Assembly: GCA_040756235.1 (NCBI GenBank)
Contig: JBFLZG010000110.1
Location: 1 to 12,052 of the forward strand
DNA length: 12,052 nt
Origin: a bacterium
GTDB lineage: Bacteria; Desulfobacterota; DSWW01
Reading direction: 5' to 3'
Shown here: positions 8,103-12,052 of the stretch, one piece after another
How positions within the stretch are numbered: the stretch's first letter is position 1
Layout of the letters: every line of letters starts with the position of its first letter
Notes under the pieces: model-generated
What the model saw: only the letters and a program-made list of their open reading frames with translations
Databases searched by the model: none
What the model was told of the DNA's origin: nothing
Position numbers and translations under genes: made by a program

Positions 8103-8518
8103 GCCGGAGAGTATAGTGGATCGTGAGACAGGTTTTCCATGACCTGAGTTCCGCCTTTGAGGACACGGCGACATATTCCGCGAGGTCGCCTCACCCCTCG
8201 GCGCCTTGGCGGCGGGAACAAGTGAGCAGTGCGGTGGGTGCGCCGCGCGAGGAGGCGAGGGTGAGTCGCGGAGGCCGTCCCGAGCTCCGACAGGCCGGTG
8301 GAAAGCAGCCTTGTTTCCCGATTACCGCGCCCGGCAGGCCGTGTGCCCATGAACACCCGGCCCGGGGCAAGGGACGAAAAGGGGGCCTGCCCGAAGGGCC
8401 GCAGTCTCCGACCCTTGGGAGGAGAACAGGCCGGAGCGTTCTGAGCCCGAGACGATCGAGGGCGGGGCACCCACCGCACGCTACCTGTCTCGCACCTGCT
8501 AGGGGCGATCGCCACGCT

Positions 8519-8545
8519 CAAGGGCGACGCACGCGTCGCCCCTGC
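8519..8545 (-). repeat. REP palindrome GGGCGACGCAYGCGTCGCCC (family B variant)
   Basis: Near-perfect palindrome matching 9697-9722. A truncated partner, TAGGGGCGATCGCC, lies at about 8500-8513. Confidence 0.75.
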
Positions 8546-8560
8546 AAGATCGGCGCTTCT

Positions 8561-8589
8561 TTGAAACTCGTCCCTGGATGAATTAATCT
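8561..8589 (+). promoter_or_regulatory. Candidate sigma70 promoter for larE
   Basis: TTGAAA-17 nt-TAATCT in a local AT-rich patch. Confidence 0.5.
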
Positions 8590-8664
8590 CAAGAAGACGG
8601 GCCATTGACGAAGTTTCAGGCCCTTCGATGTGGAGCCGGAACGTACATCAAGGAGGAGCGTCCG

Positions 8665-9528
8665 ATGGCTCAGCGGCTGAGGGCGGCAAAGGCCACCGCA
8701 AAAGCGGTTCCCGCGAGTTCCGAAGGGCTGGAGCGGCTCCGGGCCATTCTTCGAGAGTACCGCAAGGTGGTTCTCGCCTATTCGGGAGGAGCGGATTCCC
8801 ACCTCCTGCTGGCCGTACTCTGTGAAGACCCGGACCGGCAGGTGCTGGCCGTCACGGCCCGTTCGCCGGCTTACCCGGAGAGCCAGATCGAAGAAGCAAG
8901 AGAGCTGGTCCGCAAGTTTCCCCGCGCCACCCATCGGGAGATCGAGACGGACGAGATCCACCTGGCCGGCTTCCGCAACAATCCCCCGGAGCGGTGCTAC
9001 TTCTGCAAAAGGGAGCTCTTCTCCACTCTCGAGAAGATCCGGCAGGTCGAAGGGTATGACATCCTCATGGACGGCTCGAATCTGGACGATCTGTCGGACT
9101 TCCGTCCGGGGCTGCGGGCGCTCGAGGAGCTGGGCGTGCGCAGCCCGCTCAAGGAGGCGGGGATCGGGAAGGAAGAGATCCGGCGCCTCTCCAGGGCGAT
9201 GGGACTTTCAACCTGGAACAAACCGTCCTTCGCCTGCCTGTCGTCGCGCTTCCCCTACGGCACCCCCATCACGGAAGAGGCCCTGGCCAGGATCGAACGC
9301 TGCGAGGCTTTCCTCGCCGACCGGATGCACGGTCCGATCCGGGTCCGCTACTACGAATCCCTGGCCCGGATCGAGGTAGACCCGAAAGTCTTTCCCATGC
9401 TGTTCGAAGAACGCGAGCAGATCGTCGCATTCTTCAAGGAACAGGGCTTCGCCTACGTGACCCTGGACCTGGAAGGCTACCGGACCGGAAGCATGAACGA
9501 GGTCCTGCCTGACGCGGGACGCACTTGA
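8665..9528 (+). CDS. larE: ATP-dependent sulfur transferase LarE (PP-loop family)
   Basis: PP-loop SGGADS, RCYFCK, DGSNLDD..DFRPG, KPSFACLSSRFPYG, RVR, GYRTGSMN. SD AAGGAGG at 8650-8656. Confidence 0.92.
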   Translation: MAQRLRAAKATAKAVPASSEGLERLRAILREYRKVVLAYSGGADSHLLLAVLCEDPDRQVLAVTARSPAYPESQIEEARELVRKFPRATHREIETDEIHLAGFRNNPPERCYFCKRELFSTLEKIRQVEGYDILMDGSNLDDLSDFRPGLRALEELGVRSPLKEAGIGKEEIRRLSRAMGLSTWNKPSFACLSSRFPYGTPITEEALARIERCEAFLADRMHGPIRVRYYESLARIEVDPKVFPMLFEEREQIVAFFKEQGFAYVTLDLEGYRTGSMNEVLPDAGRT

Positions 9529-9566
9529 CCTTGATGCCCCCTGGCGATGCTGCCGATTTTCTTCAT

Positions 9567-9673
9567 CCCTTCTTCCCTCGGCGAGGGGAGAAGGTCGGGA
9601 TGAGGGGTGCAACTGCCTCTCTTGCCCCTCACCCTGGCCCTCTCCCCCGCGCAGAGGCAGCGGGGGAGAGGGG
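9567..9673. repeat. Inverted pair of family C palindromic repeats
   Basis: CCTTCTTCCCTCGGCGAGGGGAGAAGG..GGGATGAGGGG-spacer-CCCCTCACCCTGGCCCTCTCCCCCGC..GCGGGGGAGAGGG. Confidence 0.8.
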
Positions 9674-9696
9674 ATTCATACTCGGCAGCCCTTCTG

Positions 9697-9722
9697 CAAG
9701 GGCGACGCATGCGTCGCCCTTG
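9697..9722. repeat. Perfect 26-bp palindrome CAAGGGCGACGCATGCGTCGCCCTTG (family B variant)
   Basis: Self-complementary over 26 nt. Related copies at 8519-8545 and 11545-11572. Confidence 0.8.
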
Positions 9723-9742
9723 GGGGGAGGCGCCTTTTACCG

Positions 9743-9772
9743 TTGATTCCGCAGTGCCTCTGGTCCTATCTT
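9743..9772 (+). promoter_or_regulatory. Candidate sigma70 promoter for the dehydratase gene
   Basis: TTGATT-18 nt-TATCTT. Confidence 0.4.
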
Positions 9773-9834
9773 TTCCTCGACTCGTGCTGCGCCCGACCGG
9801 GAACCGACCAGCAAGCAGGCAAGGAGGGATCCCC

Positions 9835-11508
9835 ATGTCCAGCGATACCGAAAAGAAGATCAACCGCATGAAGCACCGAAGCCGGGTCATCTTCGAGGAC
9901 GAAGGGTTCATCATGGGGCTCGTCCGGGGCTCGATCCTCCAGGGGCTGGGGATCGACAAGGACGAGATGCGCAGCAAGCCTTTCATTGCCGTGGCGAACT
10001 CCTGCGCCGAGTTCAACCCCGGGCACGCCCATCTGCGCGCCGTGGCCGAGAAGGTGAAGGAAGGCGTGTGGGCCGCGGGCGGGATCCCTTTCGAGTTCAG
10101 CGTGCCCGCGCCGTGCGACGGGCCGGCCGAAGGGAACACCGGAATGCGCTTCATCCTGGCCCAGCGGGAGATCATTGCGGACGCGGTCGAGACCTACGTT
10201 CGCTCCCAGCTCTTCGACGGCCTGGTGACGATCAGCTCCTGCGACAAGATCAACCCGGCCATGCTCATGGCCGCGGCCCGGCTGGACCTGCCCACGATCT
10301 GCGTGCCCGGAGGGGCCGGCTGCTGGAACATCCGGCTGGGGGGCGGCTACAAGGGCAGCATCGATCACAAGGACTACGACACGCTCGAGCTCAAGCTCCA
10401 GACCGCGACCCTGGCCACCTGCGGCGCCTGCGAGATCATGGGCACGGCCAATACGGGACAGATCCTCACGGAGGCCCTGGGCATGGCGCTGCCGCGGGCG
10501 TCGGCCGTGCCGGCGTTCCACGAGGAGCTCCTGCGCCGGGCCCGCCAGGCCGGCAGCAGGGTCGTGGCCATGGTCGAAGAGGGCCTCACGGCCAGGAAGA
10601 TCCTCACCCCTGCCGCGGTCGAGAACGCCGTGATCGTGGACGTGGCGATCGGCGGCAGCACGAACGCGACCCTGCACCTGCCCGCCCTCGCCCACGAACT
10701 GGGGGTCGAGCTTCCCCTGGCGACCTTCAACGACTTCAACCGCAGGATCCCCACGCTCCTGGCGATCAGCCCGAACGGGCCCCACGGGATCCTCGACCTC
10801 TACCGCGCGGGCGGGGTTCCGGCCGTGATGAAGAGGCTCGCCGGCAAGCTCCATCTCGATTGCCTGACCGTCTCGGGGGCGACGGTCGGGGCGAGCGTCG
10901 AGGGAGCGGCCGTGCTGGACGAGGCGGTCATCCCGCCCCTGGACCGGCCGCGGCACGCCGAAGGCTCGACGGTCATCCTCTACGGCAACCTCGCGCCGGA
11001 CGGCGCCGTGGTCAAGCAGTCCGCCGTGGTCCCGTCCATGCGCACCTTCACCGGCCGCGCCCTGGTGACGAACGGCGAGCCCGAGGCGCTCGAAGTGCTG
11101 CGGACCGGCCGCCTGAAGGAGGGCACGGTGCTGGTCATCCGCTACGAGGGGCCCAAGGGCGGGCCGGGCATGCCGGAGATGCTGGCGGTGACCATGCAGA
11201 TCGATCTCATGGGGTTCAAGGAGGTTGCCCTGATCACCGACGGCCGCTTCTCGGGCGCGAGCTCCGGCCCCTGCGTCGGACACCTTTCGCCCGAGGCCTA
11301 CGTGGGAGGGCCGATCGGGCTCCTGGAAGACGGGGACCAGGTCACCATCGACATCCCCGGGCGGAAGATCTCCGTGAATCTCACCGAGCGCGCGCTCGAG
11401 GATCGCCGCAGGAGCTGGAAGCCACTGGAGAAACCGGTGCCGCCCGGGTACATGGCCCGCTATCGGAGGCTCGTCCAGAGCGCGGCCAAAGGCGCAGTCC
11501 TCGCGTAA
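9835..11508 (+). CDS. ilvD: Dihydroxy-acid dehydratase family (IlvD/Edd) enzyme, divergent
   Basis: NPGHAHL, CDK, GACEIMGTANT, GGSTN, GNLAPDGAVVK, YEGPKGGPGMPEM, ITDGRFSG, GHLSPEA. SD AAGGAGG at 9821-9827. The family is clear; the exact substrate is not. Confidence 0.85.
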   Translation: MSSDTEKKINRMKHRSRVIFEDEGFIMGLVRGSILQGLGIDKDEMRSKPFIAVANSCAEFNPGHAHLRAVAEKVKEGVWAAGGIPFEFSVPAPCDGPAEGNTGMRFILAQREIIADAVETYVRSQLFDGLVTISSCDKINPAMLMAAARLDLPTICVPGGAGCWNIRLGGGYKGSIDHKDYDTLELKLQTATLATCGACEIMGTANTGQILTEALGMALPRASAVPAFHEELLRRARQAGSRVVAMVEEGLTARKILTPAAVENAVIVDVAIGGSTNATLHLPALAHELGVELPLATFNDFNRRIPTLLAISPNGPHGILDLYRAGGVPAVMKRLAGKLHLDCLTVSGATVGASVEGAAVLDEAVIPPLDRPRHAEGSTVILYGNLAPDGAVVKQSAVVPSMRTFTGRALVTNGEPEALEVLRTGRLKEGTVLVIRYEGPKGGPGMPEMLAVTMQIDLMGFKEVALITDGRFSGASSGPCVGHLSPEAYVGGPIGLLEDGDQVTIDIPGRKISVNLTERALEDRRRSWKPLEKPVPPGYMARYRRLVQSAAKGAVLA

Positions 11509-11544
11509 GATCGGCCGGCTCGGCCTGCGCTTTCACGACGCGTT

Positions 11545-11572
11545 GTACGGGCGACGCAGGCGTCGTCCGTCC
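11545..11572 (+). repeat. Degenerate family B REP (GTACGGGCGACGCAGGCGTCGTCCGTCC)
   Basis: Stem ACGGGCGACGC/GCGTCGTCCGT, just downstream of the dehydratase stop. Confidence 0.65.
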
Positions 11573-11600
11573 GCGGAGACCGTTGCGAGCGCGGCGAGTT

Positions 11601-11675
11601 CGGAGATTGCGAGTCTGGGCGAAGCCGGAGATTGTGAGTCTGGGCGAAGCCGGAGATTGTGAGGCTCCGCGAAGC
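11601..11675 (+). repeat. Tandem array, 3 x 25 bp (CGGAGATTGYGAGTCTGGGCGAAGC)
   Basis: Units at 11601-11625, 11626-11650 and 11651-11675 (third diverged). Degenerate copy at 11574-11600; fragment at 12037-12048. Confidence 0.9.
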
Positions 11676-11746
11676 AACCTCCCTGCCACCCCTGCCTCGC
11701 CCGGCGGTAGCCGGGGCCTCGGGTAGTCCGTCATTTCCGCGCAAGC

Positions 11747-11949
11747 GGCTGTGTCATATTTCGTCATCCCGGCCCGGTTGCGGAGCGTGTGGGAGCCGGG
11801 ATCCAGAAGGGTGCACCCAGACCAGCTTTAGGAACTGGGTGCAGGGACTGGATTCCGGCCTTCACCGGAATGACGGAAAGCATGTGCCGCACCGCTGAGT
11901 CCTCCGGAATGAGTGGCCGCATGAGGGTTTGACCGCTTATGACACAGCT
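11747..11949. mobile_element. Putative non-autonomous MITE-like element inserted in a REP
   Basis: TIRs GGCTGTGTCATA (11747-11758) and TATGACACAGCT (11938-11949), 11/12 match. Flanking direct repeat GCGCAAGC at 11739-11746 and 11950-11957. Confidence 0.7.
11762..11875. repeat. Inverted family A REP pair (REPIN/BIME-like) with inner hairpin
   Basis: CGTCATCCCGGC..GCCGGGATCCAG (11762-11806) faces CTGGATTCCGGC..CCGGAATGACG (11848-11875). Inner perfect IR TGCACCCAG/CTGGGTGCA at 11812-11820 and 11835-11843. Confidence 0.8.
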
Positions 11950-11979
11950 GCGCAAGCGGAATCCCTCTGCTTCGGGAAG

Positions 11980-11999
11980 TCCCTCGCTGCGCTCGGGAC
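11980..11999 (+). repeat. REP-like repeat family D, second copy
   Basis: 19/20 identical to 4120-4139. Confidence 0.7.
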
Positions 12000-12052
12000 G
12001 GCGGCTCGCGGCCGCTCGGGCGGCTTGAAGGTAATGGGAGATTGCGAGCGTA

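Noticed and set aside
8289..8312. SRP RNA-like CAGGCCGGTGGAAAGCAGCC
   Set aside because: It lacks the GNRA tetraloop and exact helix-8 geometry of CAGG..GGAA..AGCAGC, so the resemblance is only partial.
8238..8425. Group IIC intron-like 5' end (GTGCG...AGGGTGAG...GTCCCGA)
   Set aside because: No domain V/VI or reverse transcriptase ORF was found, and the similarity is too fragmentary.
8123..8605. ORFs 8123-8581+ and 8099-8605-
   Set aside because: Arg/Pro/Gly-rich, no SD, and they traverse repeats and promoter-like sequence.
9607..9834. Upstream extension of the dehydratase ORF
   Set aside because: It reads through family C and B repeats. A strong SD precedes ATG 9835.
11601..11675. CRISPR array
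   Set aside because: The repeats are contiguous with no unique spacers, and no cas genes are present.
467..11726. Long antisense or alternate-frame ORFs (e.g. 467-1654-, 1611-2606-, 2648-4021-, 4284-5285-, 9766-11283-, 10068-11726+)
   Set aside because: These are shadow ORFs expected from high-GC codon bias. They overlap motif-supported genes and have no motifs of their own.
11764..11955. Small ORF containing VIPVKAGIQ
   Set aside because: It is a translation of the family A REP inside the MITE-like element, not a transposase.

Overview
High-GC bacterial window; the gene content suggests an anaerobic deltaproteobacterium-like host (inference). It holds eight probable genes: a secreted hypothetical protein, a cysteine-rich 4Fe-4S protein, an SDR, a D-2-hydroxyacid dehydrogenase translationally coupled to a membrane-anchored metallophosphoesterase, a convergent Thr-type sulfatase-like hydrolase, a CXXC-C type LarE, and a divergent IlvD/Edd-family dehydratase. 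Every long intergenic gap contains small palindromic REP-like repeats, from at least five families. The most striking structure is at the 3' end. A ~203-bp MITE-like element (12-bp terminal inverted repeats, 8-bp target duplication) has split a REP palindrome and itself carries an inverted REP pair, next to a 25-bp tandem array. A ~250-nt nested rod-like inverted-repeat region lies between the sulfatase and larE. No transposase, CRISPR array, tRNA or rRNA was seen.
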